Positions 51,494 through 61,260 of a stretch of 64,000 nucleotides of DNA are shown here, piece after piece. Each line of letters begins with the position of its first letter. Position 1 is the stretch's first letter. This DNA comes from Sedimentisphaerales bacterium. GTDB taxonomy: Bacteria; Planctomycetota; Phycisphaerae; Sedimentisphaerales; SM23-30. Made by a program: the position numbers and the translations under genes. The notes below the pieces were generated by a model. The model was not told the origin of the DNA. It searched no databases and saw nothing but the letters and a program-made list of their open reading frames with translations. The stretch lies in the NCBI GenBank assembly GCA_963666285.1, contig OY762711.1; one strand, 5' to 3'.

Positions 51494-53215
51494 TCAGATT
51501 GTTATTTTAACATGCCCAATTTCTTTTTTCGTATCAAACCGAAATTCAGTTTCAGGAGTTTTGAGGGCAGCGATATTATCAGACAATTCTATAATTATCT
51601 CCCCTATTTCGCCACGACTGCGAATGACATTGGCAAGAAGGATAGCTTTTTCTAGTCCGTCGCCGCGTCGGAAGTTCCATACTTCATCCGGTTGGGCCAG
51701 GCGATAATCTTCGGCATAGATAGACTCGTTGGACAACTCCCTTAGAACATTGAAAGCATCTTCGATAGATTTCTCTTTCAGAGCATCGATAGAAACCGGG
51801 TTGCGTTCGATGGCAGCCCTCATGAACGGTAACGGATCAGAATTGACCATATCACGCAGTGCATAAAAAGTGTACTCTGCCGTTTTATTGGAATCTCTTA
51901 TGCCGAGCAGGTAGTTGCGTATGTCATGTCGAGTCATAGAATGATCAATTTTTATCGGCTTGTCATCATGAACAAGCTGCTTTTGTTCGATTTCAGGAAG
52001 ACGAGGCTTAACATAGCAAAAGCTGATAAGTTCATCGACAAACTGCTCAACCGCCAAACCATACTCATCCGGGATAATATTAATCAGTTTTTCCCTGGTT
52101 TCCGGATTAGCAGGGTCAAGACGATGTTTCCGCAGCCATTGCTCGAAATCGTTGAGTAGAATCCTTCCATCCATCTCGTCCAGGTAATATTCTTCGCAGT
52201 CAACTTCATCAAAAAGTTTTTTGCGTGACGCAGTAGAAACGGAAAAATTACTGCCATGCTCATAAGAGAAGAGTCTTTCAAGCGGAATATAACCGCCGCA
52301 ACGGTTGGAAGCATTTCTTTCGACCTGAAAATATTTCATATACTGACTTTTCCAACGGATAAAATTGCAGAGCAGTTCGGGAGTAATATTAAAATGCAGG
52401 AACCTGGTCAAACCTTTGACAAAATGCTTAAACTGATCTGGATCGATGGTTGCCTGATCATACATAATATGAATATATCCGGAGATATGCGAAACAATAG
52501 TAACGCGTTCATTTTCCAAAGCCCTGCGAGCCTTGGCGGAGAGTTCCGTGCCATTGACCCACATATTTTTGGTAACGATACGCCTGTTGTTGGTTATAGT
52601 GCCGTCACCCTGAAGCAGGATATTCTGGGAATGAAGCGGGGTGGCGATCATAAAGATGTCTTCAAGCGGGACTTTACAGATAATGTACAATGCCGCGGCC
52701 CACAGGGCTGCCAGTGATACACATTCACCGGCACCAGTCTGGTACCCCTCTTTATACTTAAAAGCCGCCATAGCCTCTGCCGTTTCAGTTTTCCAGTACG
52801 GGATAGTTTCGTCAGTATATTTATCAAGCCCGAAATGCCGACGAATATCCATATCAAAGTAAAATTTATCACCTTCATAGCCAAAAAGAGCATTGGAGTG
52901 ACGAAGAATCTCCGGGTCGATGAAGTCGTTGAAACGCTGCAGTTCCTTTTGACGTGTGGTCAGTCCCCAAGTGTCAAGATCAAGGTTGAAAGAGTAGTTA
53001 TCCATAATGTACTGACGGAGCCGCTGCAGTTTTTTGGCAGGCTTTTGCTCATCAATATCGGCAAACCACGGATCGTCGAGCCAGTCCCATATTACCGGCG
53101 AAATAATATTGGCCAGAACCAGAGAATACATAATCTCCGGAAAGACAAAGATTTCCATATCTGACAGCGAGACCGCCGCAGAACACTTTTCCAATTCAAT
53201 TGTATCAATATCCAT
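51494..53215 (-). CDS. Hypothetical protein with transglutaminase-like motifs
   Basis: GECVSLAAL...LHSQN; second copy GDGLEKAILLA. Confidence 0.75.
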   Translation of the reverse strand: MDIDTIELEKCSAAVSLSDMEIFVFPEIMYSLVLANIISPVIWDWLDDPWFADIDEQKPAKKLQRLRQYIMDNYSFNLDLDTWGLTTRQKELQRFNDFIDPEILRHSNALFGYEGDKFYFDMDIRRHFGLDKYTDETIPYWKTETAEAMAAFKYKEGYQTGAGECVSLAALWAAALYIICKVPLEDIFMIATPLHSQNILLQGDGTITNNRRIVTKNMWVNGTELSAKARRALENERVTIVSHISGYIHIMYDQATIDPDQFKHFVKGLTRFLHFNITPELLCNFIRWKSQYMKYFQVERNASNRCGGYIPLERLFSYEHGSNFSVSTASRKKLFDEVDCEEYYLDEMDGRILLNDFEQWLRKHRLDPANPETREKLINIIPDEYGLAVEQFVDELISFCYVKPRLPEIEQKQLVHDDKPIKIDHSMTRHDIRNYLLGIRDSNKTAEYTFYALRDMVNSDPLPFMRAAIERNPVSIDALKEKSIEDAFNVLRELSNESIYAEDYRLAQPDEVWNFRRGDGLEKAILLANVIRSRGEIGEIIIELSDNIAALKTPETEFRFDTKKEIGHVKITI

Positions 53216-53330
53216 AATAATCCTGTCGCTATGCCCCCATTAATTAAGCGTATATATTACAAGATTTTATGTTTCATATTATTCAATGTCAAATAATTAT
53301 AGTGAAAAAGGCTCACTTGAGCCATCAGGC

Positions 53331-56300
53331 TCATCTATCCTCTGTGCCGGAAGGCAGCCAAACCGAAATGGTAGTACCTCTATCTGGTTCAGAAACAATA
53401 TCAATCTTTCCGCCGTGATTATCAACCACAATTTTCCTGACAATATCCATTCCCAGGCCGGTACCCTCCCCGGCAGGTTTGGTAGTAAATAGCGGCTCAA
53501 AGATTCTGGCCTTAACTTCATCCGTCATGCCGCAGCCACTATCTGTGATTATAACGGTAATACCGCCATCCTTAGGTACAGCCTGAATTTTAAGACTGCC
53601 GGCACCTTGCATGGCATCCAGAGCATTTTTAATAAGATTGGTCCAGACTTGATTGAGTTCATCAGAATCACCAACAATTTTCGGCAGATTTTTATCACAT
53701 TCGAAGTCAAGGGTGACAGTATATTTAATAGCATTATAGAAAAGAGTCAATACATTATCCAGGCATTCATGAATATCAATAAGGTCCATGCTAGCCTCTT
53801 TGTCTCCGGAGCCGCCCTTCCTGATATATTTATTGAGAGCATTAACAATTTTCGATGCCTTAGAAACAGCAAGATCAATTGTATCGCAGGCAATAGCAGA
53901 TTCGACAATGCTCCCTATAATATCAAGCCTGTCCATAATGCCATCCTCTTTGAGCATTGGCAGCATATATTCAATATTATTATAAATATGAAGTTCAATC
54001 AGCCGATGGCTAATTTCTTCAGGATTGCCAATACCATTCTGCTTAAGCTCAGCAACAAACTTATCACGAACGCTACGTTTTTCCCTGGGGGACATAGAGG
54101 AGCTGCTGTCCCTATTAGCAAAGCAGTTTTCGATTATAGACTCGACAACGGAACCATACGGCCCTTTAAGCCAATCAGAAATGAGAGTCATATTACGAGT
54201 AAGCTTTTTAATATTACTTATTAGAATTTCGCGTGAGGTACTAATAGCACCAAGGGGCGAGTTAATTTCATGGGCAATACCTGATACCAAATGCTTAAGT
54301 GCACCAAGTTTTTCAAAAAGAATCAACTGAGCCTGGGTATCTTTTAGCTGGGCCATGGCATAAACCAGTTCTTCATTTCGCTTTTTAATTTCTTCAGCCC
54401 GTTCTTCAACCAGCTCTTCAAGATGCAAACGGTGCTTTTCAAGTTCCTGCTCAGTGGCTTTGCGCTCGGTAATATCACGTCCGGCAATAACAATATACTT
54501 TAGACTGCCGTCAGGATTGTCAAGTCTAGTAAGGATAAAATCAGCAGGAATTGCCTTACCATCTTTTGTAATAATATTCAGTTCACAGGTAGCCCAGCCG
54601 TTGTCAATAGCATCCTGAATTGTTTCCATGGCAATACCCATATCTTCTTTAGCGAAATATTTCCCCGGCAAATGGTTAACTCGAATTTCATCATCCGAAT
54701 ACCCCGTAATAGCATTTGTGGATTTATTCCATATAACAGGGGCATTTCCGGCGGGATTAAACACAACAAAAACATCCTGTAAAGAGTTAATAGCTTCTTC
54801 AGTGAATTTATTAGCTCGCTCCAATTCCTCGGTCCGAGCTATAACAGCGTTGCCAAGCTGGCGATTCCAGAAAATAACAAAAACCAAACTAACTAGAGGA
54901 ACCGAAGCAATAATAGCAACCCATATCCATAATTCATACCAATTAGTTACCTGCTCATACCTAACACTCATCCATTTATTAAGAATAGCGTTATGTTCCT
55001 GCTCGGTAATAGACCGCAACGACTTATTAAAAATAGAAAGCAGTTCAGGAGAATCCTTTCTCACGCCAAAGCAGAAATAATCATTCGGACAATCAGCCGG
55101 AACCGCAATCTTAAGATTAGAAAATTTTTCAGCTAAGATTGTATATGACGAAGAAACAGAATCACCAATGTAAGCATCAGCACTACCGGTAGAAACCCTT
55201 TCCAGCCCGGAAGTAATATTATTAACCGGAACAACTTCAATTTGTGAATGATGAGAAATCAAATATCGATGAATAGCGGAATCTTCAATAACAGAGACTT
55301 TTCGGTCATGAAGCCAACTGATATCCTTAATAAACGGCATATCATTCCTGGTAATAATTACATAGGATATATTAAAGAACTCTTCGCTAAAATTGACATA
55401 ATCAGCAAGCGGCTCCACTTTCACAGCCGGAATAACATCTAAACTTCCATTTCTGGCGATTTTGATATAGTCGGGCCAATCAAACAATTCTATATCAAAC
55501 TGGATTCCAGCCCTGCTGCTAATAATATTCAAATAATCATTGAATATACCTATAGCATTACCATCTTTATCACCAAATGAATAAGGCGGGATAGTATCAG
55601 GCATACCAATCTTTACAACAGGGTTCCTACTCAACCAGCTTCGTTCAGTATCCGAGAACTCTATTCCAGGCCCAACCTTCCCAATAGACCATTTTTCCAG
55701 CAGGGCATTAATACCCTTATCACCAATTTCCATTAAAGCCTTATCCAGGATAGAAGCAAATTCTGGGGCATTACCGCGTACACCGATAACCAGATCCATT
55801 TTCTGGTCACTGAGTACCAAAGCCGGCTGAACATTTCCCAAATAATTTTCGCTAAGCAGGAAATTTGCGACAGAATTAGCCAAGGCGACATCAGCTTTTC
55901 CTTCAAATACCACCCTGAGCGAATCAAAATAATTATCAGTTTTAATCAGCTTGATATCATCTTTAATTGGATCCAGGATATTTTTTATGTAATGAAAATC
56001 AGTCTGAGCAGCAACAACTTTTCCTTTCAAATCATCAATGCTATTGATATTGAACGGCGCATCTTTCTTTGCATAAACAATCGGATAAACAGTAGTAATC
56101 GGATAAGTCGTCAGCAGACCATTTTGCCTTGCATGTTCGGGATCAATAGCCAAAGCCCCATCAATAAATTTTTCCCTGGTATTTTTAACAATTTCAGGCC
56201 AATCGTCAACAACCAACTGGATATTGGCACCAATCTTATCATTTATAAGTGTAATCACATCGGGTACAAGTCCGGAATAAGACCCATCATAATTTTTAAT

Positions 56301-58694
56301 CAGATACGGTTCATCTTCAGAGAAGAATCCCAAGGAAAGATTCTGGTTTTCAGCAAGCCATTTTCTTTCTGACTCGGACAATCTCAAAAGCGGTCCAAAG
56401 TCTATTGATGACCACTTGGCATGAATCGCATTTAATTCATTTTCACTAATTGTCGAAAGAGCTTTGTTAAGAATCGTAACCAGTTCCGGATAATCATTAC
56501 GCACCCCGGTAACTCCATCAATTCTGAAACGAGGCAGGACCAGTTTAGGCTTGAGTCCGGTCAATTCGTATTTATCAATAATATAATTTGACGTAGAAAC
56601 AGCAATACAAACGTCAGCCTTTCCCTCGTAAACACAATTAAAAGCATCGAGAATTGAATTGAACGGCATAAGTTCAGCATCATCTAAATACGGCTTGACA
56701 ATATTTAAGACATTTGCACTATTATCAAGATAAGTAACTTTTTTACCGGCGAGATCATCTAAGCTGTTAATAATAAATGGAGAATCATCCCGGGCGAAAA
56801 TTGTAGGAATTGCACTAAAATGAGGTTGAGTTCTCAGGCATCCAATTTTATCAACAGCTTGCTGAGACATTCTCAACAATCCATCGATTTCCCCGGCATT
56901 CAGAAGTCTGGCATTATCAGCCCAATTTATAGCCTCAACAGTAAAATCAGTTCCAAGCCGCTGATTTATCAAGTTCAGTAAATCAACCAGCATGCCGGAA
57001 TACGAGCCATCAGAATTAGCAATTAACAAAGGTTCGTATCCAGCAGTAAACCCAAAATTTATTTTAGGATGCTCATCCAGCCATTTTCTTTCTTCGGGAG
57101 TCAGTGCAATTTTCTGCTCAGGATCATTCAAACTGGTCCATTTCGAAACGAGCTCCTGGATCCTCGAAGGACCGACAAGCTCCAACCCCTTATTGATAAT
57201 ACCCACCAGTTCCGGCCAGTCATCACGTATGCCGGTGGCAATCTGAGCCTCATGTTCAAGATCGAAATATACAATCTTCAGACCGGTTAAAGAATTTCTG
57301 GCAACCGTATAGTTTTCAAAGTTAACCGCCATTGCAATATCAACTTTACCTTCTAAAAGCAACCTTAATGATTCTAAAGTATTTTTGGTCGGATATAGTT
57401 CACATTGCCCTTTATATTCATCCACCCTGATCTCCAGCATTTTAACTTCTTTATGATATGCAATTTTTTTACCAATCAGATCATCAAGGCTGTTAAAAGA
57501 AATCGGCGAATCATAACGAGTATAAAAAATAGGATATGAAGAATGAATTGGTTTGGTCCTGAGAAGCTTACATGCCTTTGACTGGCTTGGAGCATTTCCT
57601 AACAATCCGTCAATTTCTCTACTTTTAGTCTTATTGACAATAGTTTCCCAGTCATCAATAACAATTTTAATATTCAGTCCAAGTCTTTTGTTTATTTCAT
57701 GAAATATTGAAGGATATACCCCTTCCAGCGAGCCATCATTTTTTTGGACCAGGAGCGGTTCCATATGTGGATTAAAACCCAGCCGGATAACAGGATGAGC
57801 GGCAAGCCAGTCTTTTTCTTTTTGAGTAAGAACAAATCCACGTTCATTCTCTAAAATATCAGAGAACCATTTTTCATATAACTTGTCATATGTACCATCT
57901 TCAATTACCCGACCCAGCCCTTCGCTAAGAAGGCTTTGAAGTTTTTTATCACCTTTTCGAACAGCAAAGCAGAAATCCTGACGAAAATTTCTGAGCAAAC
58001 TACCAACAGGCCTAATATTGTCGATCCCCATTTTTTTCAATAGATTGGTTCCCATAAGATGCTGAACAACAATAGCATCATATTTCCCCTGGCTTAGCAG
58101 TTCGAAGGCAATTTCGAAAGATTCAACGGTAATAATATGTGAGGAGACATTTTCTCTTCTGACATATTCTTCAGAAGTATCCCCCTTCATTACAACTACT
58201 TGCTTACCAGACAAATCTCCGATATTATTGATCCTGCTGTCATCATTTCTGACAAAAATAGCGCCATAATTCGTGGTATACGGGAAAGTGAAGTCGTAAA
58301 GCTTTTCTCTTTGTGCAGTTCGGCCTACTAATGGTAATACCTGAATTTTGCCATCTCTAAGGTCATTTTTCAGTGAATCCCAATAGTCAACCTTATAATT
58401 AAGCGTTAACCCGACCTCAGCCGCCGCGGCATTAAGAAGCTCAACCGAAAAGCCATCAGCATTTCCCTGTTCATCAACAATACAAAATGGCGGATAGCTG
58501 TACTCACACCCGGCAATCAGAGTATCAGATTCCTGAATATTTGTATTACTACTAATACTCTGTATGCTAAAATTGCCCGATTCTGAACCATTACCAGGAA
58601 CATTATCGGAAGAAACTGCAGGATTATGGAAGACTAGTAGTAATACAAAAACTGCAAAAAAAATAATTCTATTTCGAATAGTAACACATATCAT
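53331..58694 (-). CDS. Sensor histidine kinase: 5 periplasmic solute-binding (PBP2/Venus-flytrap) domains, TM, PAS, HisKA, HATPase; start codon uncertain
   Basis: Five P(P/L/Y) binding-domain starts with LT..E..WL linkers; GIAHEINSPL, NQVWTNLIKNA, DSGCG, FTTK, GTGLG. Confidence 0.9.
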   Translation of the reverse strand: MICVTIRNRIIFFAVFVLLLVFHNPAVSSDNVPGNGSESGNFSIQSISSNTNIQESDTLIAGCEYSYPPFCIVDEQGNADGFSVELLNAAAAEVGLTLNYKVDYWDSLKNDLRDGKIQVLPLVGRTAQREKLYDFTFPYTTNYGAIFVRNDDSRINNIGDLSGKQVVVMKGDTSEEYVRRENVSSHIITVESFEIAFELLSQGKYDAIVVQHLMGTNLLKKMGIDNIRPVGSLLRNFRQDFCFAVRKGDKKLQSLLSEGLGRVIEDGTYDKLYEKWFSDILENERGFVLTQKEKDWLAAHPVIRLGFNPHMEPLLVQKNDGSLEGVYPSIFHEINKRLGLNIKIVIDDWETIVNKTKSREIDGLLGNAPSQSKACKLLRTKPIHSSYPIFYTRYDSPISFNSLDDLIGKKIAYHKEVKMLEIRVDEYKGQCELYPTKNTLESLRLLLEGKVDIAMAVNFENYTVARNSLTGLKIVYFDLEHEAQIATGIRDDWPELVGIINKGLELVGPSRIQELVSKWTSLNDPEQKIALTPEERKWLDEHPKINFGFTAGYEPLLIANSDGSYSGMLVDLLNLINQRLGTDFTVEAINWADNARLLNAGEIDGLLRMSQQAVDKIGCLRTQPHFSAIPTIFARDDSPFIINSLDDLAGKKVTYLDNSANVLNIVKPYLDDAELMPFNSILDAFNCVYEGKADVCIAVSTSNYIIDKYELTGLKPKLVLPRFRIDGVTGVRNDYPELVTILNKALSTISENELNAIHAKWSSIDFGPLLRLSESERKWLAENQNLSLGFFSEDEPYLIKNYDGSYSGLVPDVITLINDKIGANIQLVVDDWPEIVKNTREKFIDGALAIDPEHARQNGLLTTYPITTVYPIVYAKKDAPFNINSIDDLKGKVVAAQTDFHYIKNILDPIKDDIKLIKTDNYFDSLRVVFEGKADVALANSVANFLLSENYLGNVQPALVLSDQKMDLVIGVRGNAPEFASILDKALMEIGDKGINALLEKWSIGKVGPGIEFSDTERSWLSRNPVVKIGMPDTIPPYSFGDKDGNAIGIFNDYLNIISSRAGIQFDIELFDWPDYIKIARNGSLDVIPAVKVEPLADYVNFSEEFFNISYVIITRNDMPFIKDISWLHDRKVSVIEDSAIHRYLISHHSQIEVVPVNNITSGLERVSTGSADAYIGDSVSSSYTILAEKFSNLKIAVPADCPNDYFCFGVRKDSPELLSIFNKSLRSITEQEHNAILNKWMSVRYEQVTNWYELWIWVAIIASVPLVSLVFVIFWNRQLGNAVIARTEELERANKFTEEAINSLQDVFVVFNPAGNAPVIWNKSTNAITGYSDDEIRVNHLPGKYFAKEDMGIAMETIQDAIDNGWATCELNIITKDGKAIPADFILTRLDNPDGSLKYIVIAGRDITERKATEQELEKHRLHLEELVEERAEEIKKRNEELVYAMAQLKDTQAQLILFEKLGALKHLVSGIAHEINSPLGAISTSREILISNIKKLTRNMTLISDWLKGPYGSVVESIIENCFANRDSSSSMSPREKRSVRDKFVAELKQNGIGNPEEISHRLIELHIYNNIEYMLPMLKEDGIMDRLDIIGSIVESAIACDTIDLAVSKASKIVNALNKYIRKGGSGDKEASMDLIDIHECLDNVLTLFYNAIKYTVTLDFECDKNLPKIVGDSDELNQVWTNLIKNALDAMQGAGSLKIQAVPKDGGITVIITDSGCGMTDEVKARIFEPLFTTKPAGEGTGLGMDIVRKIVVDNHGGKIDIVSEPDRGTTISVWLPSGTEDR

Positions 58695-58893
58695 ATTACC
58701 ACTAACCCAAACTAGACTAAGTCTAATAAAAAACACAATTACAATATTCTTATGAGCATGTATATGAAACCAAATTTGAGTTAAAAAGGTCAACCTGTTT
58801 TAACATGCCAACAAAATAAAACAAAATATTACAAATCAAACCAAACAATTATATACTTATATATCGTATCGGTATTACATGCAAGTTAAATAT

Positions 58894-58933
58894 AAAAAAA
58901 GGCCGCAGCTCAATATGTTTTACTGCGACCTTT
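58894..58933 (-). terminator. Intrinsic terminator after hisG
   Basis: AAAGGTCGCAG..CTGCGGCC-TTTTTTT on the minus strand. Confidence 0.65.
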
Positions 58934-58956
58934 GAATATTCAGATAAAAATATTAA

Positions 58957-59829
58957 CTATGGAATAACCAGGTTAAGCGGATAGGTAAAAATACCAGAAG
59001 CGCCAATAGCCTTGGCTTTAGGAATAAGCACTCTAGCCTCTTTTTCTTCCATAACAACTTCAACAGCAATAAACTTTTCATCCGCCAGTTTATTTACAGT
59101 AGGCGACTTTTCAGCCGGAAGCAGCTTGAGAATTTCGTCAAGCTTAGCAGCTTCAAGGTTCATTTTCAGACCAACCTTGGCCTTACCTTCGATAGCCGCT
59201 TTAATCAACATGGCAACTGATTCGATTTTCTGACGTTTAAATGGGTCTTCCCATGCAGTCTTATTAGCAATAAACCGAGTTGTACTTGTCATCAGTTCAT
59301 CGATGATCTTCAGATTGTTCGCCTTGATACTGGACCCGGTTTCAGTAATTTCAACGATAGCATCAAGAAGCCTGGCTTTGACTTCGGTGGCACCCCAGGA
59401 AAATTCAACTTTTACGTTAACTCCCTTATCAGCAAAGTACTTTTTAGTAACATTTACCAACTCAGTAGAAATAATAGCACCTTCCAGGTCTTCGGCCTTT
59501 TCGATATTGCTTTCAGCGGGAACACAAAGCACCCAACGAGCGGGTTTAGCAGTGGCCTTTGAGTAAACCAGTTCGCATACTTCTACGACATCTGACTCGT
59601 TTTCACAAATCCAGTCTTTACCAGTCAGGCCACAGTCAACAACACCGTCTTCGACATAGCGGCTCATTTCCTGGGCACGGAACAAAACCATATCCAGTTC
59701 ATCATCATCAATAGAAGGGAAATAGCTTCTAGATGAGCATTTGACAGAAAAGCCAGCCCGATCAAGAAGGTCAAAAGTAGCATCCTGAAGACTACCCTTT
59801 GGTAAACCCATTTTAAGAATATTAGCCAA
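58957..59829 (-). CDS. hisG: ATP phosphoribosyltransferase (long form)
   Basis: GLPKGSL, DCGLTGKDW, SWGATE, DAIVEITETGSS..AN.L, C-terminal SPTV; TTG start with AGGAG RBS. Confidence 0.95.
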   Translation of the reverse strand: MANILKMGLPKGSLQDATFDLLDRAGFSVKCSSRSYFPSIDDDELDMVLFRAQEMSRYVEDGVVDCGLTGKDWICENESDVVEVCELVYSKATAKPARWVLCVPAESNIEKAEDLEGAIISTELVNVTKKYFADKGVNVKVEFSWGATEVKARLLDAIVEITETGSSIKANNLKIIDELMTSTTRFIANKTAWEDPFKRQKIESVAMLIKAAIEGKAKVGLKMNLEAAKLDEILKLLPAEKSPTVNKLADEKFIAVEVVMEEKEARVLIPKAKAIGASGIFTYPLNLVIP

Positions 59830-59928
59830 TTTAGTTTCTCCTGTATTTTAGTACTGATATTCAATACTTATTTTTTAGTTACCTGAGAAAGAAGTATTTT
59901 AACATCTTTCTTCTTACATCTCTCTATT

Positions 59929-60067
59929 AGTGCGTTATATACTTCGCATCACTATGCGGCGAGCAATTTCTCGAAAGTATATTTATTCGATGTGCTGCAG
60001 GAAGGCCCTTTTAGGCGATTTACCAAAAGGTACTTCGTTATTGCAACTTAAAACTGCGAAAGTAAAC
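59929..60067 (+). repeat. Dispersed repeat copy 7
   Basis: AGTGCG..CTTCGCATC..TTCTCGAAAGTA..GCAGGAAGGCCCTTTTAGGCGATTTACCAAA..AAAACTGCGAAAGTAAAC. Confidence 0.9.
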
Positions 60068-60069
60068 TA

Positions 60070-60855
60070 TTACTTAGTCTTTTTTTTAGTTGTCTTCTTT
60101 TTAGCTGTTTTAGTTTTAGCAGTCGTTTTTTTAGTCGTTGCAGTTTTAGCAGCTGATTTCTTTGCGACAGTCTTTTTGGCTACTTTTTTCTTTGCAGAAG
60201 TTTTAGCAGCAGTCTTTTTATCTTCTTTTTTTTCTGCAAGCTCAAAACTGTCACAATAATCTCTTAAAGTAACAAAAAGTTCTCGTCCCTTAGCAGCCGG
60301 TATCTGTCTGTCCAGAAAGCCATGAACGTCAGCGTAATCGCTGTCAGGATTGACAATGCCCTCTTCCTGAAAAACTTTCCACATATGTTCATTTAGTGGG
60401 AATGCGTGAGACTCAAGATAATAAAGCTGGAAAACAGAAAGCATATATGGAGTAAGCCCCTTGATTTCCTTAACAACCGCAAGTGCCTCTCTTTTACCCA
60501 TTTCCGATAGACCTGCCATATCAAGACCGTCATGTTTTTCAAAAACAGAATTCAATACTTTAATGAGAGTTGCAGCAACAGTGCCGGCATTGGGAAAGTT
60601 AACCCCGATAGCAAGAATTATCTCACGAGGCCGGCTTACACGCAATTCATTGAAATCGACAAAATTGCTTTTCAATTTCCGGTAAGCTGTTTGTGCTTTA
60701 CTAATAGTAGTAAACTCAGACAAAGCCGCCAGAGCCAGCAAGGATGCCGGCTCTACAGCAGCTGAATTATCTACAAGATCTGTAACATCTTTATTTTTTT
60801 TAGCCGTGGTACAAAGTTTTTTTAATTTCTTGGCATACTCTGCACTATTTTTCAT
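60070..60855 (-). CDS. HhH-GPD/endonuclease III-like protein with Lys/Ala/Thr-rich (histone H1-like) tail
   Basis: FVDFNELRVS, IKGLTPY..HAFPLNE; C-terminal KKTAAKTSAKKKVAKK...; overlaps rbfA by 11 nt. Confidence 0.72.
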   Translation of the reverse strand: MKNSAEYAKKLKKLCTTAKKNKDVTDLVDNSAAVEPASLLALAALSEFTTISKAQTAYRKLKSNFVDFNELRVSRPREIILAIGVNFPNAGTVAATLIKVLNSVFEKHDGLDMAGLSEMGKREALAVVKEIKGLTPYMLSVFQLYYLESHAFPLNEHMWKVFQEEGIVNPDSDYADVHGFLDRQIPAAKGRELFVTLRDYCDSFELAEKKEDKKTAAKTSAKKKVAKKTVAKKSAAKTATTKKTTAKTKTAKKKTTKKKTK

Positions 60856-61243
60856 TTTCGTGTTCCTCAGCCTGATCTGACTGCTCTAAATTATTTCGTT
60901 CGTCTGCCAGACGATCTAATATTTGGCAAACTTCAAAACCTTTTTTCAATGAATCATCCTGATAAAACTTCAAAGCCGGGCATGTCCGTGTTGTAAGGAT
61001 TTTAGCAAGATGAGAACGCATAAATCCTGTCGCGTTCTGGATTGCATCGAAGGTAAGTTTTTCCTGAGGCTGCTCCACCCCTGTTACACTAAGATAAATT
61101 TTTGCGATACTGAGATCAGGTGCAACTTCTACCCTGGTAACACTTACCAACCCCTTAACCCTGGGATCAGATAAATGATTCTGGATTAAATCACTTATCA
61201 CATCCCGCACCGTCCTGGTTATTTTTTCTATTCTTCGGCTCAT
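60845..61243 (-). CDS. rbfA: Ribosome-binding factor A
   Basis: SRRIEK, DPRV, VTRVEVAPDL..AKIY, GFMR, P.LKF..D; downstream of infB. Confidence 0.95.
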   Translation of the reverse strand: MSRRIEKITRTVRDVISDLIQNHLSDPRVKGLVSVTRVEVAPDLSIAKIYLSVTGVEQPQEKLTFDAIQNATGFMRSHLAKILTTRTCPALKFYQDDSLKKGFEVCQILDRLADERNNLEQSDQAEEHENEK

Positions 61244-61260
61244 CTATACCCCACCGTAGA

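Noticed and set aside
833..60259. Mutually similar short ORFs (833-1120, 875-1060, 26674-26946, 26986-27177, 30443-30802, 59930-60259) as a protein family
   Set aside because: Similarity comes from the non-coding repeat; frames, strands and ends differ and module indels break frame
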